Source of the DNA: Octopus sinensis
Lineage: Eukaryota
DNA length: 64,000 bases
Reading direction: 5' to 3'
NCBI RefSeq assembly: GCF_006345805.1
Contig: NC_043014.1
Span: forward strand, 13,888,001-13,952,000
In this document: positions 52,346-64,000 of the stretch, piece after piece
How positions within the stretch are numbered: the first letter of the stretch is position 1
Layout of the letters: every line of letters starts with the position of its first letter
Translations under genes and position numbers: made by a program
The notes under the pieces: generated by a model
The model's input: the letters and a program-made list of their open reading frames with translations, nothing else
What the model was told of the DNA's origin: nothing
Database searches by the model: none

Positions 52346-54124
52346 GATTAATAAACTGCTGGTATGTTAATAGTTTTTTGTTTCAATATTGTATTATACT
52401 ACAAAATAAAAGGCACCCATGCCAGTGACACGTAAAAGACACCCAGTACACTCTATGGAGTGGTTGGCATTAGGAAGGGCATCCAGCTGTAAAAATCAAG
52501 CCAAAACAGACTATAGAACCTGGTGCAGTTCACCAGTTTACCAGTTCCAGTCAAACCCTCTAACCCATGCCAGCATGGAAAACAGATGCTAAATGATGAT
52601 GATGATGTATTTATATATGTATAGACAGATGTAAGCACTGCAACAGCATCTTCAACAACAACAACAAAAAGGCACCAGTAATTTATTAATTGAATGAGGG
52701 TCCTGCAACATCTTGCCTTCTCTAAAAAGGTGACATATCTGTTACATTTTTGGGCATGAGTGAGGGATCTAGGTCTTAGGCAAGTTTCAGAAAAGTTTAC
52801 AAATTTCCATCATGGAACATTTATTTTTTCCATAAAAAAGCAACGAGCTCCCCCCTTTTTAAGTATGTCCTTTACAATTTCTCTTTATGCTCCAATAAAA
52901 ATGGGTAGGCTCCATTTATAATTTCAAAAGGCAACAATCACATAAATTCATATAACTGTTAGTTTCAAATCTTGTAAAATATTGCTCCCAAAAGGCAAGG
53001 GCACATGATAACATGAGCGGATGAAGGTCGGCAGTACTGTAACGATGATTTCTATGAATTTGGTTTAACTCTTTAGTAAACTAATTATTGTGTCAAATGT
53101 CCTAGGACCCCCTAGTACATTTGAAAGTTACCCTCTCAGGCACACATCCGGGCAAGGTTGTTTATGGAAGACCAGCAGTTGCCCATGCATACAAGCCTCG
53201 CCTCTCCATGCCACCGATGTTATCCAGGGGAAAGGCAAGGGCCGATACAGATTGGCACCTGTTATGTCACAACTCATTTCCACAGCTGAGTGAACTGGAG
53301 CAACATGAAATAAAGTGTCTTGCCCAAGAACACGACATGCAGCCCAGTCCGGGATTCGAACTCACAGCCTCACAATCATAAGCTCGACACTTTTACCACT
53401 GAGCCATGCACCTTCACATGGCAAATGTAATGTTTATTTATTTATATTGTTTTGAATTAATCTGCATTATCTTGTAGTTTAGAGATTTCATTGATGTGAT
53501 TTAGTTTTAAAATGACATTGTAGGATTGAGGTGAGAAGCCAGATCTGGCTAATTTTAACATAAAACAGGTTAAATATTTTGGCCAGATATGGCTAATTTG
53601 AATAAAATACTGCTAATGATTTGAATAAGAAATCAGTCTGTCTGTGCATATCTATTAATTGTAGATACATAGCGAAGTCAACCCTTGAATACCTTTTGAC
53701 AGCACTTTTGTGAACTACAATAACTTGAAAACATCGTGATTTTGAAGATATAATTATTCTCTCAGTCAATAATTTATTGATTTCAACTTATATGAATTTG
53801 GAGTCTTCAAATGAATGATTCCATGTGGAGTACTGCTTCTGTAGAAATTTCTAAGGTTGAGTCAGTGATTATTCAAAGTTTTGAAAATTTGTCAAATATG
53901 CTATTAAATTTAGAATCAACACATGAAGTGGACACAGCTTAGGGCAGAAGTTTTATTTTAAATTCGAGCTGAAGTGACTGAAGTGGTGGTAATGTGGAAA
54001 TACCCAAGATAACAGAATTAAATCTCTCACAGATAACAGAAATAAAATTTCAGTTAGCAAGTAGCAATTGGTCATTTCAGTGTTTACATTTGCCTTCAAC
54101 TCTAAGTAGATTCTAGAAACCAAT

Positions 54125-54651
54125 TACAATAAATCTTCAAGTATAGTCCGCCCTTGAGTATAAACACACAGGGGATTTTTAGGGGGCTGTACTTCTGAAA
54201 AACCTAAACCTTGTGTATAATACACACCCCTTCTCTAACTTGAGTTATGCGTAATTAAGCCAGCAGCACCTAATTGAACAAACAATGCCGCGCATGTGTA
54301 ATACAATAATGATGATGTTCTTAACTGTTATATGGGAATGTAAATATGTTTGCAAATTGTTTTTTTTACATGTTAATCTGTGTTCTGAATACTTTTATTT
54401 TAATAAATGTTGCTTACTGCAAGTTATGGATGATTCTTCTTAGACTTCATTGCTTTCAGGCTTAGCTTAAGGTATTTTCGTGCCCGGCATCACAAAATGC
54501 ATCTGAATAAACATTGCCGGACAGCAAATAGAGACTCGAACATTGCTTAGAAAATATTTTTCTTTTTTAACTTTGTATATAGTATGCACTAGGGATTTTG
54601 ACCTTTAAATTTTGGGAAAAAAGTGCATATTATACTCGAGGATTTATGGTA
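54125..54651. mobile_element. pogo/Tigger-like non-autonomous element
   Basis: TACAATAAATCTTCAAGTATA versus reverse complement of TATACTCGAGGATTTATGGTA; TA termini. Confidence 0.75.
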
Positions 54652-56161
54652 ATAGTGGGTTCTTCTGCCTAAGCTGCAGAAACAGCATCCAACAACATAA
54701 AAGTTTTCCCAGCCTTATAAGGTAAGTCAAAGCAATGGTAGACTGACTTTTGTTCAATGGCAATTATCACTAGCCTTTTAGCATTTAAACCAGCCTAATC
54801 CAACCAAAATATCCTACTTGTTTTATGTTCAAACTAACCAGATCCAACCTTTCCAACATACCCTACAATTTCGTTCTAAGAATAAAACTATCACACCATC
54901 AAAATATCACAGCTATGAGGTAATGCATGGTTAATACAAAACAATATGAATGAACAAGCGTTACATTTAACATAACCTGAATGCTTAACAATTTCTAATG
55001 TAGGCAGAAGGCTAAAATTTTTCTATATAATAGTAAGTTAATTAAATCACTCACTCTCCTTAGTACTAGACTGGTACATTATTTTATTGAACCTGGAATG
55101 ATGAGAGTCAAAGTTGAACTTTGACCTCAGTGCGTGCAGAGCCAGAACAAGGTACGACTTTTCTTAATGCTCTAATAATAATACCAATTCCACTACCTTT
55201 CTCAAATAAAACAGGAAATTTACAATATTTTGAGATCTTTTTATCTTTTATTTTTTACTTGTTATTGGACTATGGCCATGTGGAGGCACCAACTTGAAGG
55301 ATCTATCTTTTATCTTTTACTTGTTTCAATCATTAGACTGTAGCCATGCTGGAGCACTGCCTTGAAGAATTTTTAGTTGAATGAATTGACCCCAGTGCAG
55401 AGACCCCCTTCGGTTATGACTAACCATGGGATTGCACCTAGAAAGTTACCCTCCCAGGCACAAGTCCAGGCAAAGTTGTTTATGGAAGACCAGCAGTCGC
55501 CCATGCATACTGGCCTTTCCTCTCCACACCACCGATGTTATCCAAGGGAAAGGCAAAGGGGCCGATACAGCTTGGCACCTGTGACATTGCAGCTCATTTC
55601 TACAGCTGTGTGAACTGGAGCAACATGAAATAAAGTGTCTTGCTCAGGAACACAACACGTAGTCCAGTCCAAGAATCGAACTCACAACATCACGATCATA
55701 AGCTCAATGTTCTAACCACTGAGCCATGTGCCTTCACTTTTATTTTAAGCCTGGTACTTATTCTATCAGTGTCTTTTGCTGAACTAAGTTACAGGGATGT
55801 GAACACATCAACACTAGTTGTCAAGTGGTGGAGGGGAGACAAGCAGAGACACAGACACACACACACATATATATATATATATACGATGGGCTTCTTTCAG
55901 TTTCCGTCTGCCACATCCCCTCACAAGGTTCTGGTTGGCCTGAGGCTATAGTAGAAGATATTTGTCTGAGGTGCCATGCAGTAGGACTAAACCATGTGGT
56001 TGGGAAGCAAGCTTCTTGCCACACAGCCATAGTCAATTTTTTTTAAGTATGGTATTTATTCTAATGTTTCTTTTGCTGAACTTCTAAGTTACAGGAACAT
56101 AAACAAACCAATACCTGTTGTCAAGAAGTGGTGGGAAGGGCAAATACAAAGACACATACAT

Positions 56162-56192
<31 letters not shown>

Positions 56193-56209
56193 TACATACA
56201 TACATACAT

Positions 56210-56240
<31 letters not shown>

Positions 56241-56487
56241 TACATACATACATACATACATACATACATACATACATACAAACAAGAGAGACACAGATAG
56301 ATAGATGATGGGCTTCTACACAGTTTCTGTTTATCAAATCCACTCGGTCTGACGCTTCAGTAGAAGACACTTACCCAAGGTGCTGTGCAGTAGGACTGAA
56401 CCTGAAACCATATGGTTGCAAAGCAACTTTCTTAACCACACAACCATGCTTGCACCTATTTGTTTAATAAAACTGTATATTATAGTG

Positions 56488-56646
56488 GCAGGAGTGGCTG
56501 TGTGGTAAGTAGCTTGCTTACCAACCACATGGTTCTGGGTTCATTCCCACTGCGTGGCACCTTGGGCAAGTGTCTTCTACTATAGCCTCGGGCTGACCAA
56601 AGCCTTGTGAGTGGATTTGGTAAACGGAAACGGAAAGAAGCCCATC

Positions 56647-56694
<48 letters not shown>

Positions 56695-56905
56695 GTATGC
56701 GCGTGTTTATGTGTTTGTCCCCCCAACAACACTTGACAACCGATGGTGGTGTGTTTATGTCCCCGTAACTTAGCGGTTCGGCAAAAGAGACCGATAGAAT
56801 AAGTACTAGGCTCACAAAGAATAAGTCCTGGGGTCGATTTGCTCGACTAAAGGTGGTGCTCCAGTATGGCCACAGTCAAATGACTGAAACAAGTAAAAGA
56901 GTAAA
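56488..56905 (+). mobile_element. SINE-A, full length, head-to-head with a minus-strand copy at ~56040-56455
   Basis: Near-identical to 30306-30720. Confidence 0.92.
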
Positions 56906-57821
56906 GCGAGTGTATATTATTAACAGGTCATCCTGTTATGTCATCGCCATGAAAATAATCTTATTCATTCACTGAGTACATTTTTTATTCTAGTAAATTT
57001 AGATACACTGAAATTTTGAGCTCTTGAATAATACATTGTAATATCCCTTCAGCTTCTTTCCTCTTTCATAATTGCAGGCCACTCTATTTCATAGTAGTAA
57101 CAATTGGTCACAGTATCTCCCAGATTTAACAGAAACAAATACATTTAATCATTTCATTTGACTTCATAAGTTTAAGAATATCTTCTTAATTGGGTAATGA
57201 ATTTATCAAAGACATTCACAGAATTATCCTTTAACATAGGATGGTTGATTCTTATTGAAGACGTAGTTGATTATGGTAACTTCTCAAGTGTGAAAATTTC
57301 AATCCATAATTTCAAGGAGTTAATATCCAATTATAAACATATTTCACGCTTCAGAAGGTGTCGACTAATGAGGTTGCTTTTACAATAATCAACCACTAGT
57401 AATTAACATAATATAAGACAATAAATAGACTAGCCCATACTATAGTACCTCCACTGAACACAGAAACAATGAAAGATAAAATCCAATCTGAAGAGGATAT
57501 GAACGATTATGTAGTTTGTCTAATGCCCTACAAATTTCTCCACCACCATGATATGCAAATCATTGTCTTTATTTTAACGCCCACTTTTCTATGCTTGCAT
57601 GGTTTGATGGTATTTTATTAATCAGGGTGGATTTTCTATGGCTGAATGTCCTTCCTTTTACCAATCCTCAACTGTTTTCAACTGAGGTTAATATTGTCCC
57701 CGTGATCAGAAAATGTTTTCACAGAAAATTGGAAATAAAAGACACCACTTACATGGCAACAACACTCAGTTACAACTATCACATGAAGTCAAGGCAAAGA
57801 GACAGTAACACACACACACAC

Positions 57822-58763
57822 ACGAGGTTAAGTCAAAAATTGTAGGCACTCTTGTTTCTGTAATTTATTAAAACAAAAGCAAGGTTGAACAATTACATCA
57901 CTTTTTTGTCAGTGTCCCCTTGCTTTTCAGTGTACTTATTCAAGTGGTCCACAACCTCGTTTATTCCTATTTCTTTATTGCCCACAAGGGGCTACACATA
58001 GAGGGGAAAAACAAGGACAGACAAATGGATTAAGTCGATTATATCAACCCCAGTGCGTAACTGGTACTTATTTAATTGACTCCCGAAAGGATGAAAGGCA
58101 AAGTTGACCTTGGCGGAATTTGAACTCAGGACGTAGTGGCAGACGAAATACTGCTAAGCATTTCACCCAGCATGCTAATGATTCTGCCAGCTCGCCACCT
58201 TTATTCCATCAGAGAAGGTTTTCATCACATTGCACAGCCATCTATGCACCATATCCTGTACTTCTTCATCTGCAGCAAATTGATGACCTTGTAAAGAATG
58301 TTTGAACATGCCATCGATGGTCACTTGTCAGTTCACCAGAACCATCTCTCAAGTTTGTTGAATTTTCACATCAATGGTGGGGTTTGAAGGGTGCCCTGCT
58401 CCTTCTACATGCTTCAGGCTTATCTGGCCATCTTTAAACTTCTCAGCTCACTCATACACACTTCTACAAAGTAGAGCAGTGTCCTCATATTGTACTGCAC
58501 ACCTGCAATGAATTTCAGCTTATGACATACTTTCAGACCAGAGAAATCAGATCACTGATTTCTGTTTTTCCTTGGAGTACACAGCCAGTGGAGCGGCCAT
58601 GTTTACTCTGTAACACAAGAAAGAAAACTGGAGCAATGACAATCAAACCTTAGTTATGTTACCACAAAAGTACCACCTTTTAGCATGCAAACACTGAAGT
58701 CAGAGCAACTAACCTAAAGAAAGTTTTGGTGAAAGTTATTAATGATTTTTGACTTCCCCTAGT
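57822..58763 (-). mobile_element. Internally deleted mariner, with a SINE-B monomer inserted at 57968-58199
   Basis: TIR-like ACGAGGTTAAGTCAAAA / TTTTGACTTCCCCTAGT; decayed MAAPLAVYSKEKQKSVI..EKFKDG and LQGHQFAADEEVQDMVHRWL..FSDGI; SINE TSD TTTATTCC. Confidence 0.85.
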
Positions 58764-59459
58764 ATACACACACACACACAACAAGCTTGTTTCAATTTTC
58801 CATCCATCAAATCGACTCATAAAGCTTTGATCAGCCCAGAGCTAGACTAGAAAACACTTGGCCAAAGTACCACACAGTGGGACTGAACTTGAAACCATGT
58901 GCTTGGGAAGCAAACTTCTTACCACATTGCCATGCTTGCATAATATCATATATTTATTTGATTTCTAATAAAGGCACAAGAAGATCCCAAATTTTGGGGC
59001 GATGTATAGTTGATGTCACTGAGATATTTTATCAACCAGGGAAGGGCAAAAGGAGAAAACTGATTTTGGTGCTATTTGAATGCAAAATGTAAAGAAACAT
59101 AGATAAATACTGAAAGATCTTGCAGTATTTAGCTGTTTCTTTACCTCCACTGCTCTAATGAATTCTTCACTTCATCCCATCCTTTCCATCAAATAGTTTC
59201 GTAATTGTTTTAGTAACAAGAGTGAGTTTATTTATGACAAACAGACATAGATATTAGGCATTGGTATGGCTATGTGGTTAGGCAACTCAATTCACAATCG
59301 TATGATTTTGAGTTCAGTTCCACTGCACAGTAGCTTGGGTAAGTGTCTTCTACTATATCTCTAGGCCAACCAATGCTTTGTAAGTGAATTTGGTAGATGG
59401 GAAAAGTGTGGAAGCCCATTGTATTATATATGTATGTGTATGTATGTATGTATGTAGAC

Positions 59460-59750
59460 GAGACAGATGAGTGACAACCTGGCCACTGGTGGTGGTGTAA
59501 CACACCATACTAATCATATCTGTCGGGCATGTGGAAGAGAGTGTAATTCGGCAGGAGGACTTAAACGACATGCAAAGGTACATGAAGCCCAGTTACAACT
59601 ACAGCCGGCTATTACCGGTAAAGGTTTTAGTTGCCAATTTTGTACAAGACATTGTAGATCTTTAGCTGGGCTAAAAAGTCACATTCGATCACTGCACTAG
59701 TAACATTTAAGCTTCGTGCAATGGCCATACTCGATAACGAGGGGGCAGCC
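59460..59750 (+). mobile_element. 5'-truncated RTE-like 3' end with two C2H2 fingers, inserted in the (GTAT)n core of a SINE-A
   Basis: ORF 59467-59700: CRACGRECNSAGGLKRHAKVH and CQFCTRHCRSLAGLKSHIRSLH; short 3'UTR ..CTCGATAACGAGGGGGCAGCC; SINE-A resumes after it. Confidence 0.7.
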
Positions 59751-60194
59751 ATAATGTATGTATGTGTGTGTGTGCATGTCTGTTTTTATGTTTGACTCCT
59801 GTTATCACTTGACAACTGGTGTTAGTTTATTTACTTCCCCACAACTTGGCATTTTGGCAAGAGATATGAATAGAATAAGGAGCAGACTTAAAAGAAATAC
59901 TGGCATTGATAACCCTTCAAGGCAAATACTCAGAATGGCCACAGTTTGCATGAATGAAACAAGTGAAATGTAAAATGAAGAAAAGAATATATACAGCAAA
60001 AGAGAAAGAGAGAGAATGAGAAAGAGAAAAAGAGAGATATTATGTAAATAAAAAAGCAAAAAAAGCAAGAAAATCATGAATTCTTTGGTTATAATTTCCA
60101 TTTTGTCAAGAAAATAGTTGTATAAATTATGCTTCATTACCATTTAGATCTGTGTAGATATACAACAACAAGAACAATAATAATGAAAATAATA

Positions 60195-60592
60195 ATGATT
60201 TCAAATTTTGGCACAAGGCCAGCATGTTTGGGGTAGGGATAAGTCAATTACATCGATCCCAGTGCTTAACTCATATTTATTTTATTGATTCTGAAAGAAT
60301 GAAAGACAAAGTCAACCACAGCAGAATTTGAACTCAGAACATAAAGATAGACGAAATACCTATTTCTTTACTACCCACAAGGGGCTAAACACAGAGGGGA
60401 CAAACAAGGACAGGCAAATGGATTAAGTCGATTATATCAACTCCAGTGCGTAACTGGTACTTATTTAATCGACCCTGAAAGGATGAAAGGCAAAGTCGAC
60501 CTCGGCAGAATTTGAACTCAGAACATAAAGACAGACAAAATACCACTAAGCATTTTGCTCAGTATGCTGACGTTTCTGCCAGCTTGCTGCCT
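60195..60592 (-). mobile_element. SINE-B/B' heterodimer
   Basis: Head plus B body joined at GAAATA-GGTATTTC to a body ending in the alternative tail GGCCTTGTGCCAAAATTTGAAA. Confidence 0.8.
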
Positions 60593-61016
60593 TAATAATG
60601 ATAATAATAAAAGCAGTGAGCTGACAGAAACATTAGCACGGCAGGCAAAATGCTTAGTGATATTTCATCTGCTGTTACATTCTGAGTTCAAACTCCACCA
60701 AGGTGGACTTTGCCTTTTATCCTTTCGGGGTCGATTAAAAAAGCACCAGTTACGCACTGGGGTCAATGTAATCAACTTAATCCCTTTGTCTGTCTTTGTT
60801 TGTCCCCTCTATGTTTAGCCCCCTGTGGGTAATAAAGAAACAAATAATGATAATAATAATGTTTTCTACGAAAGGCACAAGGCCTGAAATTTTGGGGGAG
60901 GGGATTAATTGATTACTTACACACCTAGTATGTAACTGGTACTTATTTCATAGACCCTGAAAAGATCTATGAAGCATTTTGCCCGGCACGCTAAGGATTC
61001 TGCCAGCTCACTGCTT

Positions 61017-61262
61017 TGAGGAGGAGGAGGAGGAGGAGGAGAAGGAAGATGGGGAGGCGGAGGAGGGGGAGAGGGGATAAGGATGGGGGGGAAGAGGAAG
61101 ATGATGAGGAGGAGGAGAGGGGGAGGAAGATGAGGAGGAGGAGGAGGAGGAAGAGGAAAATGATGAGGAGGAGGAGGGTAGGAAGGGGAAGATGATGATG
61201 AGGAGGAAAATGATGAGGAGGAGGAGGAGAGGGAGGAAGAGGAGGCGGAGGCGGAGGAGAGC
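61017..61262. repeat. Purine-rich (GAG/GAA/GAT) tract
   Basis: Almost entirely G/A on the + strand; source of the Ser/Pro ORFs on the - strand. Confidence 0.9.
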
Positions 61263-61971
61263 AGCAGTAGCCACATTGCTAGTTTTAAATAAAAGTATCT
61301 AGATTCATAACGAGATGCAGACTAATGATTGATGACAATACCTGTCAACAAGTAGAAACATGTCATTCTTAATGCAGTTAATAGATCCAATGCCAGTATT
61401 TCTTTTCGCCTTTGTTTCTTGATTTTTTTTTCAGTATTAAGCCATTATGAATTTTTAATGATCCATTAATTATGATAACATTAAACACAGCAACAAAAAA
61501 AGACAAGTCAGTGAAGCAACCTCTCTACATAGTTGCTTGACCTACTAAAAAAAACCACCAAATAAACACTCAAATCACACCTGGCTGTCTTAAAAAAAAA
61601 CAACACTATATATATGTGAGTGTGTGTATATATATATTCTTTTCTTTTATTCTTTAATTTGTTTCAGTTAGTTGACTGCGGCCATGCTGGAGCACCACCT
61701 TTTAGTCAGAGAAATTGATCCCTGGACTTATTCTTTGTAAGCCTGGTGCTTATTCTATCAGACTCTTCTGCCAAACCACTAAGTTATGGGGACATAAACA
61801 CACCAAAATCAGTTGTCAAATGACGGTGTGGTGGGGGGTAAACACAGACACATAAATATATTTGGACGGCCTGAGGCTATAGTAGAAGACACTTGCCCAA
61901 GATGCCACACAGCAGGTCTGAACCTGGAACCATGTTGTTGGGAAGCAAGCTTCTTACCACACAGCCACGCA

Positions 61972-62009
<38 letters not shown>

Positions 62010-62212
62010 CACACACAGATATAAATAGATAGAGACATGTATACATATATAACAGGAATGGCTGTGTGGTAGGAAGCTTGCTTCTCAATCACATGGGTCT
62101 GGGTTCAGTCCCACTGTGTGGTACCTTGAGCAAGAGTCTTCTACTATATAACCTCAGGCTGATCAAAGCCTTGCGAGTGGATTTGGTAGATGGAAACTGA
62201 AAGAAGCTTGTC

Positions 62213-62251
<39 letters not shown>

Positions 62252-62547
62252 AATATATGTATGTATATATATATATATATAATATAAATATATGTATGTA
62301 ATATATATATATATATAAATAATATGTATGTATTATATATATATATATATATATAATATATGTATATATATATAATATATAAATATATGTATGTATATAT
62401 ATATATATAAATATATGTATGTATATATATATAATATATATATATACAAATATATGTATGTATTATATATATATATATAAATATATGTATGTTATATATA
62501 TATATAATAATATATGTATGTATATATATATATATAATAAATATATG

Positions 62548-62585
<38 letters not shown>

Positions 62586-62696
62586 TATGTATGTATATAT
62601 ATATATATATAATTATATATATAAATATATGTATGTATATATATATATATATATAAATATATGTATGTATATATATTATATATATATAAATATATG

Positions 62697-62736
<40 letters not shown>

Positions 62737-62747
62737 TATGTATGTAT

Positions 62748-62779
<32 letters not shown>

Positions 62780-62866
62780 AATATATGTATGTATATATAT
62801 ATTATATAATAGATAATATATAAATATTGTATGTATAATCTATATATATATATATATAAATATATG

Positions 62867-62907
<41 letters not shown>

Positions 62908-62951
62908 TGTATATTATATATATATAATATATAATATAATATAAATATATG

Positions 62952-62989
<38 letters not shown>

Positions 62990-62993
62990 TATG

Positions 62994-63031
<38 letters not shown>

Positions 63032-63035
63032 TATG

Positions 63036-63082
<47 letters not shown>

Positions 63083-63392
63083 TGTATTATATATATATAT
63101 ATATATATAATAAATATAATGTATGTAGTATATATATATTATATAATATATATAAATATATGTATGTATATATATATATTATATATATTATATTTATGTA
63201 TATATATATATATTATATAAATATAAATATATGTATGTATATATATATATATATATAGAAATATATGTATGTAATATATAAATATATGTATGTATATATA
63301 TATAAATATATGTATGTATTATATATATATATATATTATATGTATGTATATATTATAGATATATATATATATAATATATATATATATTATAG

Positions 63393-63446
<54 letters not shown>

Positions 63447-63526
63447 ATGTTTAATATATATTATATATATATAGATGTATGTATAATATATATATATATA
63501 GATATATATATATATATATATGTATG

Positions 63527-63567
<41 letters not shown>

Positions 63568-63637
63568 ATGTATATATATATATATATATATATAAATATA
63601 TGTATGTATATATATAATATATATATATATAATAATG

Positions 63638-63677
<40 letters not shown>

Positions 63678-63818
63678 TATGTATGTATATATATATATAT
63701 ATATGTATATATATAATATAGTATATTATATATATAATATATATAAATATATGTATGTATATTATATTATAATATATGTATGTATATATATATTATATAT
63801 ATATATATAAATATATGT

Positions 63819-63861
<43 letters not shown>

Positions 63862-63865
63862 TATG

Positions 63866-63911
<46 letters not shown>

Positions 63912-63914
63912 TTG

Positions 63915-63956
<42 letters not shown>

Positions 63957-64000
63957 TATGTATGTATGATTATATATATATATATAGAGATATATAGATA
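62213..64000. repeat. >1.7 kb AT satellite: AAATATATGTATGTAT motif separated by variable (TA)n, within a SINE-A core
   Basis: The motif recurs dozens of times; the array begins right after SINE-A ..GAAAGAAGCTTGTCAT and runs to the window end. Confidence 0.95.

Noticed and set aside
59467-59700. Host C2H2 zinc-finger gene
   Set aside because: It lacks TGEKP-type linkers, ends in an RTE-like 3'UTR and is nested in a SINE.
60917-61276. Ser/Pro-rich ORFs
   Set aside because: They are the antisense reading of a GAG/GAA purine tract.

Overview
AT-rich, repeat-dominated eukaryotic DNA. The SINE, RTE and MITE families look like those I recall from Octopus genomes, so the taxon is an inference and not a database result. 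I found no host protein-coding exon, true tRNA/rRNA gene or CRISPR array that I can support. Nearly all listed ORFs are microsatellite or SINE artefacts, or decayed transposon ORFs. The window is a mosaic of: at least three tRNA-derived SINE groups (my labels A, B/B', C); RTE, RTE-X and HERO-like LINE 3' fragments; maT and mariner remnants; hAT, piggyBac-type (TTAA) and pogo-like MITEs; a non-autonomous Helitron; a (AAT)n-embedded element; and long microsatellites. The most unusual signal is SINE-B. It occurs as head-(184 bp body)n multimers (n=1,2,3,5), several with target-site duplications. The multimers share a fixed junction that lies in the loop of a head hairpin, and the 3' tail can replace the 5' arm of that hairpin, which suggests an RNA cut-and-join or circularisation route. 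Also notable: a ~1.3 kb old palindrome, a Helitron flanked by a ~77 bp direct repeat, and many fold-back structures. Element boundaries were read by eye and may be off by a few bases.
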